Of a DNA stretch of 64,000 bases, positions 31,147-43,000 are shown piece by piece. The notes beneath the pieces are model-generated. The model made no database searches. It worked only from the letters and a program-made list of their open reading frames with translations, and was not told the DNA's origin. Every line of letters starts with the position of its first letter. Position 1 is the first letter of the stretch. The translations under genes were made by a program, and so were the position numbers. Source of the stretch: Cyanophora paradoxa CCMP329 (lineage: Eukaryota; Plantae; Glaucophyta); NCBI GenBank assembly GCA_004431415.1, contig QPMI01000192.1, positions 108,873-172,872 of the forward strand, written 5' to 3'.

Positions 31147-31663
31147 GCATGTATCTTGCATAGTGGGCGGGGCGCGAGTTTATTTTAACGTGGTCTATCG
31201 TCTGTGGAGTGCGCAAGTTTGTGCAGGTGGGCATTTTCGGCAGGACAAACTTGCGCACTCATCATACTCTATCGGTGGGGTTCACCTTGATTTCGTATTT
31301 TATTAACCCGAATTAAGGCTATCGGTGGGGGTCACCTTTATTTTTCAATTTGTTAACTGAAAACAGTTTGGAAACGATCGGGAACATTTCGTAAAAATAG
31401 GGTCTTACTGTCCTTACTGAGAAATCGAGGAGGGTTTAAGGGCTTACTGGGAATGGTAAGAGATTAGAAAAATGAAGAATGAAAGGGTTTCGCGATTGGT
31501 TTCAGTAAGGAAGGGTTAGATGTTTGAAAAATACAGTGCTAATTTATAATTTGTTACTGAGCCTTACTGAGAAATTTGAAAATGGATAATGGGCTTACTG
31601 AGAATGGTAGTGGGGAAGGAAAGATGAGGGCGCGCAATTGGTGGGGGTGACCTGCATGCGAGC
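31147..31663 (-). repeat. Right TIR of element 1 (517 bp)
   Basis: Reverse complement of 6985-7503. Confidence 0.95.
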
Positions 31664-31669
31664 CAGATG
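31664..31669 (+). repeat. Right 6-bp target-site duplication (CAGATG)
   Basis: Matches 6979-6984. Confidence 0.9.
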
Positions 31670-33401
31670 CAAAAAAAGTCTGCATTGCCTTGCCTTGACT
31701 AAATTCACTTGAAACTATGCAATGCAAGGCAGGCCAATCATGCGAAAGGCTGCCAGATGCAGATGCACGGTGGATCACGCTCCCGGCCCGAGTCCCGGGC
31801 CTTGAGGCTTGCCAAGTTGAGCCGAAGTTGCAATTGAGCGCTCGGCTTGCCCAGCCTTGCCGTCGAAGTTGCCGACTCGGCGAGTTCGAGCTCGAGGAAC
31901 TTCCGAATAGGGCACTGGCCGGCGGCCAAGCCGGCTAGCTAGCCGGCCAATTTGGGCGGGGGGCGCCTGGGCTAGGCAGCCGAAACCCCGGCTTGCCAGC
32001 CCAGGGGTTTTGCCGGTTTTCCCCGGCTTGTTAGCCAAGTCAGCAAGCCCGGGGCTCGCAATCGAGCCGGCGAACGAAGCATAGGTGAAGTAAGCACGAG
32101 CTGCACCAAGCCAGACCAAGCCGCGCTGGCCACTGGTACCATAGTAACTGGCAAGCCGCTGGCAAGCCAGCCGAAATTTTGGAGCCGCCAAGCCGCTAGG
32201 GCCAGCCCCGGTGCAAGCTTTCGGAATTTTGGGCCAGCCCCGGTGCAAGCTTCTAGACCCGCCGGCCAGTGCCCTACTTCCGAAGTTCGAGCCGACCGGG
32301 TACCGGATCGCGGAGTGCTCGCGAATAAGCTTGCATGCGCAATTGCGGCTAGCGAAGTCGACGTCGGAGTCTCGGACACGTGCTGTCGACGTCGACGGTA
32401 CGGTCTGTCGTCAAATATTAATGGACGTCAAATTGACGTCACTGAGTCAATCTGTCCATGTCGAGCCGGCGCGAACTTCGAAACTTCGAACTTCGAGTTC
32501 CGAAAGTTCGGAAGTCTAGCGTTCGGAACTCGAAGTTCGGCAATTTAACGACTCGGCAATATTGCCAGCAAGTTGCTGGGGGTACCGGTAGGTATTTGCC
32601 TAGTCCCCCATAAAGCAGAATCTGGATTCGGCAATTGATCGACTCGGCCATTCCGGTTTTGTCGCCAACCGGCTGGTCGCCCGATAAAGCCGAAAAAGGC
32701 TGGCCCGGGCCGCCCGGCTGGTCAACAAATCGGGCGGCTGGGCCAGCCTAAAAGTCCAAAACCAGCCAGCCAGCTGTTCGGCCGGGCCGCTGGCCAGCTG
32801 GCAGTGCCCTACTGTCAAGCCATGATGCATATGATTTAGTTAAGTGTCTTCAGCTAGCGCTTTGCATATGATCTGCAAATATGCTTTTCGATTGCTGGTT
32901 CGAGAAATGATAATATATGCACAAATATACCGGATTCACAAGCTCACTGAATAATCGATATCGATATCAGTTGAACAGACACTATGCATATTTGACAATA
33001 TATACACAGTACCTGGTACTTGTTAAACGTTTAGGATACCGATAATTAATACTAGCATAATTCCGATCGATCATGCCCCACCTTGCCTGTATACGCCCCC
33101 ACAGTGCTGGAGTAGACTAGAGGCTGTGGCCGGTAATTCACCAAAAATAAAAGATAATTAATACTATCGTACCAGACGCTCAGCGGCTACCGGTACTGTA
33201 GGACGGCTTTTTTTATAACTGTGGCATATATATACCGGTATATGCATATGGTCCATCTAGATCTGTACTACGTTAGAGAGACTAGTACTGTGGCCGGTAC
33301 TACGGTAAATCGGCGGTAATTCACCAAAATAATAGTAAGTTGAAGTCACATGTACTGTGTCCGGCGCCGATCGCGACCGTAGCAGCCGGGCCGGGTAGCT
33401 A

Positions 33402-33598
33402 CTGTAGGACGGCTTTTTTAGCCGTCGTTTTATTTTGCTGTAAATTGCCGAGAGGCCGGACGGCAATGTTGTGGGGGGTAGAGAGTTTCCGAGTCCCCCA
33501 TAGAGCGAATGTCTGGATTCGGCAATTTATCACCACGGCAATTCCGGTTTGGGCGAATTCGGCAATTTTTCACCACGGCAATTTAAGCCGTCCTACAG
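33402..33598. mobile_element. Putative Tc1/mariner-type MITE
   Basis: 14-bp TIRs CTGTAGGACGGCTT / AAGCCGTCCTACAG flanked by TA on both sides; a further left-TIR copy at 33196. Confidence 0.55.
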
Positions 33599-33855
33599 TA
33601 TATATACTAGTATCATCGAGAACCAGGACCCGAGATGCTCTCGGCGGGGGCTGTTTGGAGGAAAGTTAAAGGGGTATAAGGGGGGGATTAACCCGGAGTT
33701 AGGTGGCGCGCCGAACTTTCCCGGAGTCAGGCATGGGGAGCAGTAATAGTGGTGTGAGCCTCGAAGGCAGTGGGCATCTCATAATATAATGCATCGCAGA
33801 ATGTACATATATAGCAGAAAGTACGTGCAAATTGGACTTGAAATTTGGACGCCCT

Positions 33856-34313
33856 GCCCTGCGGACTGCGGGCGCGCGCTACGTATACGGAGGCCATCTG
33901 CGGACATATACTTCAGAGACCGTTGCGAGAGCCTTCCGGCCGCGCCGCCAGCTGCAGCTCACCTGGCCCAAAGAGCGAGGCCCGCCGGCCGGACGTCGAC
34001 GGGCCTCGAGCAATCGATGCGCTTGGGCGCCCTGCGGACTGCGGGCGCGCGCTACGGAGGTCATGATCATCTGCGGGCGGATAGCTCAGAGATCGTTGCG
34101 AGAGCCTTCGATTCCGGCCGCGCCGCCGGCTCACCTGGCCCGAAGAGCGAGTCCCGCCGTACGGGCCGCGAGCAATCGATGCGCTTGGGCGCCCTGCGGA
34201 CTGCGGGCGCGCGCGACGGAGGACATCTGCGGGCGGATAGCTCAGAGATCGTTGCGAGAGCCTTCCAGCCGCGCCGCCAGCTCACCTGGCCCAAAGAGCG
34301 AGGCCCGCCGGAC
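33856..34313 (+). repeat. GC-rich tandem repeat, ~165-bp unit, about 3 copies
   Basis: GCCCTGCGGACTGCGGGCGCGCG at 33856, 34029 and 34191, each followed by GTTGCGAGAGCCTTC and GCTCACCTGGCCC. Confidence 0.85.
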
Positions 34314-37086
34314 GGTCCCCAAGCATTTGATACGTTTAAATTTGGCGCGTTCGATTGCGCGCCTCGACGTGCGCGCGCGCGACGCTAGCGCTGCTGTCAT
34401 GAAAGCTGTTTTGGCCCTTGAGGGGGGTACGCTTAGCCCTTTTTGGCCTTTTTTTGGCCGTGCAAACGGTTTTTTTTTTTGAAAGTCTGCTGCATTCGTA
34501 CACACTTGACAACAGTCCCCCACTCCGGCGGCTCCACGCCTACCGGATACTGAGATGCTGACTGCAAGAGGAGATAGATAACAAGAGTGCTACAGCTAGT
34601 AGTCGTGTCGAGCTAGTGCCTTAGCTGTAGTCTACCGAGTCGTCTCCAGAACATAATATGCGCCGGTCCTCTAGCAGTGAGCGCGGCAGAAAGATGTAGG
34701 CCCAGAAAACCGGAGCCCCGTTAGTTAGGGCCCGGATGAAAAACTGGTGGTCGCGCAGCAAGAGCCGCGCTCCTCAGCCGCCTCCACGGCGAGCGCTGAG
34801 TCCAGAGTCGCCGCCAGCCGCCGAGCTGCAGCGCCGCGCAGCGAGCCGCGCGTCAACATCGCGGGCAGCTGCAGCTGGGCGCGGCATCGCCAATGCCCGG
34901 CGGGAACCCAGGCTGGTCGGCGGGAGCCGAGCAGCACGCCATCTCCTCCAGAGCCCGAGCACCGCGCCCTTCTCTGCGTCGCTCCTCCTACTGCCGCGGC
35001 CAGCTTGGTCCGCCCTCGCTAGATTTGCGCCTAGACATGCTGGAACGCGCGGGCGCTGTTGCGCAGAGCGGCGCCGACGCAGAGAAGCCCGAACTAGAGG
35101 CAATGAGCACTGCTGAGACCGCTGATCTGACCTGGGGGCCGCACGCCCAACCGCGCCCGCCGACGAACGAATCGCCTAACGGACACTGCGGCTAAGCGGC
35201 TAGAAGCGCTTCTAGACCTTACTGAGGCGACCTGTGCCCTCCGGGCGCGCGCCCGGCGGGCGCTTCTCCCGCCCCGCCGACCTACGTTGCGCGCCCTTCC
35301 CGGGGTACACAGCGGAACGGCGTTGTGTGGCGCCATATACGCTCAAGCTTAATTATTCTGAGTCAAGTCTCTTAGAGCTCATTATATATATGGAAAATAT
35401 TCAACTTGGAAAATTAACCGGGGGGAAGAAGTCGGTTTGCAAAAAAAGCCGTTGGAAAAAAGTCGTTTGAACTTCGCTCCAGAGCGAATCGAAAACGGCC
35501 AGACGGAATCGCGGTCCAGCGCGTCTATGCGTCGCTCAATGATTGATGCACCAGAGTTTTGCATGGTGGCGCTGGATTTTGCATTCTGAGCGAGCTCGTT
35601 GCGCCGCGCGGCGCCGCGACCAAGTCAAAAAGGGGGGTACGTTAAAGTTCAAGTCGAGTTCGCCCAGTTTTGCAGTAACGCGAACACACGATTTAAGATA
35701 ACGATTTACATAGAAGACTTTTTTCCTTCGGCGTATAGGGCGCCATACAACGCCGTTCCGCTGTGGTACAGAATCCTGGCCGTGCAAACGGGCGAGGGCG
35801 ATCTCAGCTGCTGCCGCTCGTTGAGGGCTGCCGCTCGAGAATTCACTTCGTATAGAGCTCATCGACATTTCCGTCGCCCAGGCTGCGCTCCGCGACTCGG
35901 CGACCGCCCGGAAGCGAGTGTATATATGTCGATATGCAATCCCGAGGTCCGGTCGCTTAGGACGCGTCTTTCAGCCGCTGAGCGGCGCTGGTCGGGGCTA
36001 TGAGGTCCTTAGACTTGGGACTATCCGGGAACTGGTGCCGTTACGCGGGCGTTGAAGTCCCCGTCTCAGGAAGTTGGGTTCCGTTAGAAAAAAACCCGAG
36101 AACCCAGCGAAAACTAGAAAAAGTTATCGGATCCGAGACTATTACTATGTATAGACTTCATAGTATAGGAAGTTAGTGCGGCCGGTATATACCGTATAAT
36201 ATACGCAGCGTACAGTCACTACAGTGTACTGTGTACGTGTTCAAGCGGCGTATATATTAGTAGTAATTTAGTACAGTATTACAACTAATTTTTTTGTTGC
36301 GCACTGCGTACCTGTAGTAACGGTACTACGCGTACGGTAGTAACTCGAGCTCAGGCTGTCATTCCAGCCCGGGCCTGTCAAAGCCTGCAGCTGTCAATTG
36401 CAACTGGCCCGGACACTGCGGACAGTCGGACGGACTCGGACCGTCGCGCGGTCGGAGCCGATCATCGGATCATCGGAGCCGAATCAGCCGATTGGACAGA
36501 TTCGGACTCCGGAAGTCCCCAGTCACTGAGTCCCGACTCCCGACTCCCGATTGGACTCATGCGATGATCAGTGATCATTGGACATACAAGTTACAACTAA
36601 CAGACAAAGTTACCCGGTGACCGCACCGTAGTACTAGTACCTACTAGTACGGTAGTACTACCGTAGTAGGCGCCGCTAGGCGGTAGGCTGCCAACTAGTG
36701 CCAACACAGTGGCAACACTGCCAAGTTGCACTGCCAAACGTTGAACTGGCAAGACATGTACAACTTTCAAGTTTACTACCGTAGTACTTGACAAGTCAAT
36801 GACAACGGTCACGGTAGGTCCGGGCCCGGGCCCCGGGGTAGCCTGGGTAGGACAGCATAGTACTAGTAGTACCGAAGTCGGCGCCAAATTTGCGGCCAAA
36901 ATCGCCGCCAATTGCGGGAGCTTGAGCACTGCGGCAGCCCGCCCGCGGCCCTCCCGGCGAGTCCCAGGTCCCGGCGCCGGCCTTGGCAGACGTGCACGTG
37001 CCACGGTGCATCGGGTTGCCTTCTAGGCTAGGCCTGCAGGCGCACCTCTCGCCATGAGTAGGCCGAGACAAAGACCAGCAGCGGCA

Positions 37087-40000
37087 ATGCCGGCGGGAGG
37101 GCGCGCTCTGCTCCTTACGCTCTTCGTGCTGGTGAGCATCGCGGCATGCGTTGAAGCGAACCGCTACGCCAGAAACGGTGCGACTTGGCGCCGAGGCCAG
37201 ACTTGCGATTCTTGCAATTGCCTCTAGATCTTGCTTCGAGGTTGCACTGCTGTGCATGACTTGTACATGTCTCATTGCTGCGCAGCGTGGAAAAAGCTCG
37301 CGTACGCTCCCGGGGAGCGCTTCACCGCCCGCCCCGGGCACATCAAGGCGCGCTCTGAGGAGGAGGTCTACCGAGGCTCGAAGGTGGACCCGGCCACCGG
37401 CCACCGGCACTGGGATGTCGAGGTCGGCAGCGCTGCGCACGCCGCGAGCTCGCCCGAGCGCGCAGCCGTGGCACACGCAGCTGATCGTGCACGTGGCTCC
37501 GGGCAGGACTTCCGCGTTCACCCGGGAGGGAAGCGTTCGCGAATTCGGATGCGAGGCGTCCAGGTCAGGGAGACCATCCTCCTCGAAGACGAGACGAGCA
37601 TCGTCGCTGTCCACTGGTTCATTCTGTTTGTTGTACCATGCATATGCAGTCTTAAGCTTGCAATTCTATGCGGCCGCACGGTGCCTTGAATTCGAGGCGC
37701 GTCTCATCATCCGCGCAGCGCGCACGCGCCGCACGACGCGGGGATGGCGGAGGGGCCGCGCGTCGGGCCCGAGCCACAGATGGGCCGCGAGCTGGTGCGC
37801 CTTCTTAAATAGCTTCCGATTCGATCTGAAATGTAACCTTGCCTCGCGATCGCTCCGTTTTGACGCGCTTGCGCAATCGGCAGGGCGGGGTTTTCGTTCG
37901 GATCCTGGAGGTGCACTCGCACCAGTGCGCGGTGCCCGTGGAGGGCAAGGGCACGCACTTCGGCGTCTGCGTCGACCTGCGCACGGAGAAGGCCAGACTC
38001 ACCGATATGTTCAAGGACCTCGATTTCGGTGCATTGACGCGCGGAGAACTTGAATTTATGAATATATATGTTCACATTGTACCCGTTGAAAACTTCCGCA
38101 CTTTATCGCCACACTGAAGCCGGTTATCGCAGAGAACAACGCAGAGGACCATCTCGATCATCAGTGCGCGCTGCTTTCTCGCGCAAGCATTCCCGCAATT
38201 CTTCCAGGAAAGCGGATGCCGATGATACCACGCCCGCAGCGAGGGGCGTCGTGTCTCCGAGGACAATTTCAAGTCGCGCGGCCCAATGCGGGGCTTCGAC
38301 TTCGGCGGTGAGATTGAATGAGTTGTTTCTCGTTTCGGATTCGAGTTTGCTCCTCATGTCGGAAGCCTTGCGCAGGCTGGAAGCCACAGCGCGTCCGGCG
38401 GCAGCACAACGCGGTGGCGAACTGGCAGCCGCCGCGGCCCGACTCCAAGCTCAAGCCCGCGCACGTGGCCGACGCGGCGCACTCCGTGCGCTCCGGCATG
38501 GCGGCCGAGCAGCGGTACCACCAGGCCAAGGCCGAGCTGCGGGACCACTTCCGAGTCTACGCGGCGGGGCCGCCGCCGGTCGCGGACGACGAGCCGTACA
38601 CGCCCTCCAGCGATGCAGAGGACCCGTTCGACGAGTTCGATGCGGCAGACTCGGAGTCGAGTGCTGGCGCCGGTCCCGGAACCGCTCGCCGCGGACTCCG
38701 CTGGGATCTCTTCAAGGCCATCGGCGATGGCTTCAGGAAAGCCGGAAATGCTATCAAGAAAGGGTTTGAGAAGGTCGGGAACGCGATCAAGAAAGGCATC
38801 AACAAGGCGGTCAACTGGGTCAAGAACACAGCCGGCCCCTGGCTGAAGAAAAACATCGTCGAGCCCGCCGTGCGAAATTCTGCAGCTATATTCTCGTTCT
38901 ATTTTGCTTGTTGTGTTTACTGTTTTCCCGCAGAAAAAAGGTTACTTTTGAATTTCGTATATGCGAAGTATAATCAATTGCTGGCTGCGATCGCGATAAA
39001 CGCCAACGCACAAACCGCTCATTCTGGTTTGCGCAGCCATCGACACTGCCAAGCAGTGGGTCAAGGACGCTGCCAATGAGGCGAGGTGCGCTTCTTGTGG
39101 CTCTTGTACCTTCTCATGCACATTGCCCTTCATTTTGTATTCGTGTTATTTCGCAGGAAATTCGTCGGAAAGGTCGTTGACGGCGCGAAAGGGTTTCTCG
39201 ACGTCATCGATAAAGCGACAGGTCCGCATCCAACTGTTTTATTCACCGCTTGTACCGCTCTTCTCTGATGAACAGCGGCGTGCTGGCGTCTCCAGGCGGG
39301 ACCTTCAGCGGCGTCATCTCGCAGATGAAGGTGGGAATGGACGGCGTGAAGGCTGCTGGCGAATTCGTCGTGAATGGGGTACGTCGCTGAGATTCCAGAC
39401 CCCCCCACGTCTGACGAAGACTTCCGATTTCTCTCTCGTGCGCAGGTTGAAGCCTTGGTCAGACCGAATTTGATTTGTCGCGAGCCGCGCGCCCGCGCTT
39501 GCATTTGAATTCTTTTGACGAGTCCCGCAGGCAACGACCGCGCTGGACTATGCCGGCTTGGCGATAGAGGCAATGTCTTGGTAAAAGACTTGTACCTCAG
39601 CGCTGACGTGCACACCCTTCGAGGGCTAACGAACGAGCGCCAATTGCGACAGCCTCGCGGGGGAGTGCGCGCTACAATTCCGTGTCCCGCAGGAGTACAT
39701 CCCGTTCCCTGCGTACCCTCCGGCGCCCAAACTGTTCGTACTTCTTTCGAACTGGCCATGCTGCTTTGAGCTTCATCTCGTGTATTGATTCTTACCGCAG
39801 CAATGTCAATTTCAGTGCGCTGTAATTTCTCTTTGAGGTTCTGCAACTTTTTGATCATGATATGCCGCACGATGCCTCGCTCCCAACAGACGAGCAATTT
39901 ATGAGACAGGTTCGTTGAAGGGCTTTCGCGCGCGCGATGAACCAGGCCTGATATGACCGAACGTTTTTCTTCCTGCCTGATTATGGTATTCCATGCAGTT

Positions 40001-43000
40001 TATGAAGCTTCCCAAAATCTCTATAGGTGCGCTTGCGACTCTTAGCACGCACGCCTGATCGATATTTGCGAACTCATGATCGGATATCAGACTTCTCCGC
40101 CGGGGTAGGATCTACCCGACGGATATTGCGCAGCAACATTGGCATTTTCGGCATAATTCAGACGTCTTTATCGATATTGTGTGCAGGGAGGCAAGAATGA
40201 CGTCGGGAGCAAGAGCGACAAAAAAGAAGACAAGACGGGCAAGAACATTGCAATAAACGCGTGGGGTACAATTAGCTTTGACCCTACCGAGTTGTACGTG
40301 TGGATTGGGTCGGTTCGTGGCATGGGCCTGCTCCCCGCGTGACACGCGTACGGCAGTGCGAGTGATCGCATGCCTCCACTCTCAGGGATACAGGTTCGAG
40401 CTCAAGGTCAAAGACTACAAGTTGAACTGGATTGCCTTTATTTGTGCGCGTTAACACCGCATATGCTTGTATTTGCTTGGCGCACGAAAAGCATTGAGAG
40501 CGTATACCGACGTCGACAGATTACATGGGAATGAAGGTCAAGTTCATGTTTGTGCTTGAAATGGCAGTGTGCGTGCATATGCATATAATTTTTGACGGTG
40601 TGCTTCGAACGGGGACTGAACGCACGCGCGTAGCACCATCGAGGGCTGTGTGGAGCAAGCGCTGCCGAGGATCGAGAGGGCCATCACCTTTGTCGTGTAC
40701 GGTCCCCTGTTCGTCAATCTCACGCCCTACGTACGCCGTTCTTTATTCCCGGTTCACCCTTGAGCGAGGGGGCTAATTTTAATGGTGCCGCGTAGTTGGC
40801 CACAAAAATTCAGGCTTGCATCGACCTCACCATCAAATGGAATCCCGAAATCGGTGTCAACTTTGATGCGGGTGTTGAGGCTGGAATTGGCTTCGACGGA
40901 AAGAAGAACCAACTTGTACCGGTGCGATCGAGGGCATCTCGAGTCACGTAGCCGCCTGCTTACGTGTGCTGCCCTACGTCTATAAGATCTACGGCTGGAT
41001 GGATCGGAAGGAGCCTGTTATGGAGGTTCGTAGTCAGCTGCAGCTGCAGCGCTCGGCCGCCACGCAGACATTTAATTTCACTGCCCGCCTGCGAACACTG
41101 CGCATGCGAGCTGCTTATGTATTCTCTTTCTGCAGGCCAAGGAGCCCGTACCTCCAACTGATGTTTGTGCGCGCTTTTGTCCTTTTGCTCCTAATAGCCT
41201 TCAGCTTGTCTTTCTCGATTTAAATGACGTGCACGTGCTCTCCTTCGCATAGATATCGATGGATATATCTCCCTGGTTCCCGAGGTATGCGCGCGGGCTT
41301 ACAGATAGCTTTGAATTTTCAGATTGCTCACTTGCGTATACGCATTCTCGCAGATCGGTCTGGATTTGGGCGCGATGGGGTGTGTGTAGCGCAGGCGCTG
41401 CCGTTTCGCTGCAGGCGACCGTTTATGCGCTCTGCAGCGTTTCGTTCCTCAACTTCCAGGCGCAAGCCACAGTAAAGCTTGGCGCTACCTACAGCCCGGT
41501 CGGAAGCGCTGCGGGCTGTCCAGGGGCATTCCAAGTCTGGCTAGGGTACGACTTTTATGTTTTCCGACTATGGGAGCCGATGGTACCTGACGTGTCGTTG
41601 CAGATTCACTCCTTACTTGGGCGCAAACCTCGTCCTCGACACGATGATCAAGATGCCGGCTGGGTTGAGCTTGTCAATGCGAATTGTACGCGGCACGCAA
41701 GAGCCTCGTGGCCCATTATATATATTTGACCTAGCTTTCTCCGTGCAAATTAAAGGCGCGCTCTCCGCCATTTCCCCGCCTGAGTCTCGTCTCCGTTGTG
41801 CTAGGTTGGACAGTACTGGACGGCTGCTTCGAAGCCAATCGGTAACCCGATCGAGAAGGTCGTTCGTGCGTAACTCTAACCTTCGTCCCGCTTTCAAGAG
41901 TTCTCGCAAAGCTCAAACAACCGCCCGCGGCAGTGTTCCAGACCAAGTGCCCCAAGAATGCCATCAACGAGGGCTCTGGCTACAACAGCGCCCTAATCGT
42001 TGCGCGCCGGCACGCACTTGGAGATGGAGATGCATCGGGCTCTGCCGCCGGCGCACGGACGCTCCAGGGAAGCGTACAAGACATGCTCAAGCAAGCGGCC
42101 GCGACAATGAAACAAGCGGCCGCGGCAGCTAAGGCTGGATCCATTGCCAACACAACGAGCCTTCTGAAGACGAACAGCGTGCTGGGAAAGATCCAGGCCG
42201 CAGTGGCAAAGCTCAAGCCGAAGCCTGCCGACGATCCCTACAAGGGCTTGGAGCCGTACTTCAGCGTCCAGAATACTCGCGCGTGCGTGTCGGGCACCTT
42301 GCGATTGCAAATGAGCTCGAAGCTGCAACCGCGGGACGCCATCAAGCTCGAGAAGCTAATTCCGCGTACGTCCTGCAGGTCTTCTTACTTCATCGAGATC
42401 GGTTGGCTCTTCCCCGCATTCTCCATGCTTGACGACGACGTCGTTGGATACCGGGTCAGTCATTCGCGATCGTCTGTCAATATCAAAGACGGCTTCGAAG
42501 TCTGACGCTGCCGTTCCGTGACTGCGCCGCAGGTGCTCGTCAAGGCAATGAACCCCGACGATCCGAAGAAACAGCTAAAGGAGTGGACCGCTCACGTCCC
42601 CGGGTCTCCGATCGATGTCACGGAGGCATTCTACAACAGCGCACAGAAGCTCACCCTCGCGTCGCTCTCTGCCCTGGGCCCGAACGCCACCATGACCGAG
42701 GGCAACATCACCGTGGACCCGCTCGTGTGCGAGAAGATGAAGGCCATCCTCATCTGGGACACCGCGCTGCGGCGCGGGTACTGCCGCAGGATCCGGGGCA
42801 AGATCAACGGGATCGTGCCCGGGACGTTCCTGGCGGGCACGGTGCGGACGGTGGACATGCAGAACATGTTCAGCTACAAGCTCGAGAACCTGAACCCCGA
42901 GTCGCCATACAAGATCCGCGTCCTCGCCGACCGCATCGACGGCAAGGGGGTCTTCCTCGGCGGCAACGGCTGGGACGGCGACCTCTGGACCTTCCGTGAG

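Larger units (their letters stand above)
6985..31663. mobile_element. Element 1: complete endogenous Polinton-like virus with rve integrase (24,679 bp)
   Basis: TIRs, 6-bp TSD, integrase, PolB-like gene, A32-type ATPase, capsid genes; intronless, densely packed and lower in GC than the flanks. Confidence 0.95.

Noticed and set aside
6985-31663. Classification as a virophage or canonical Polinton
   Set aside because: No maturation cysteine protease is recognisable, the capsid is shorter than virophage capsids, and element 1 lacks a canonical pPolB.
6983-31665. TG...CA retroviral-type termini
   Set aside because: The inverted match extends 2 bp only because the TSD CAGATG starts with CA and ends with TG; those boundaries leave no 6-bp TSD.
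31670-37080. Numerous short GC-rich ORFs
   Set aside because: Low-complexity or repeat-derived, open in many frames, with no recognisable domains; small host exons near 35.0-35.9 kb cannot be excluded.
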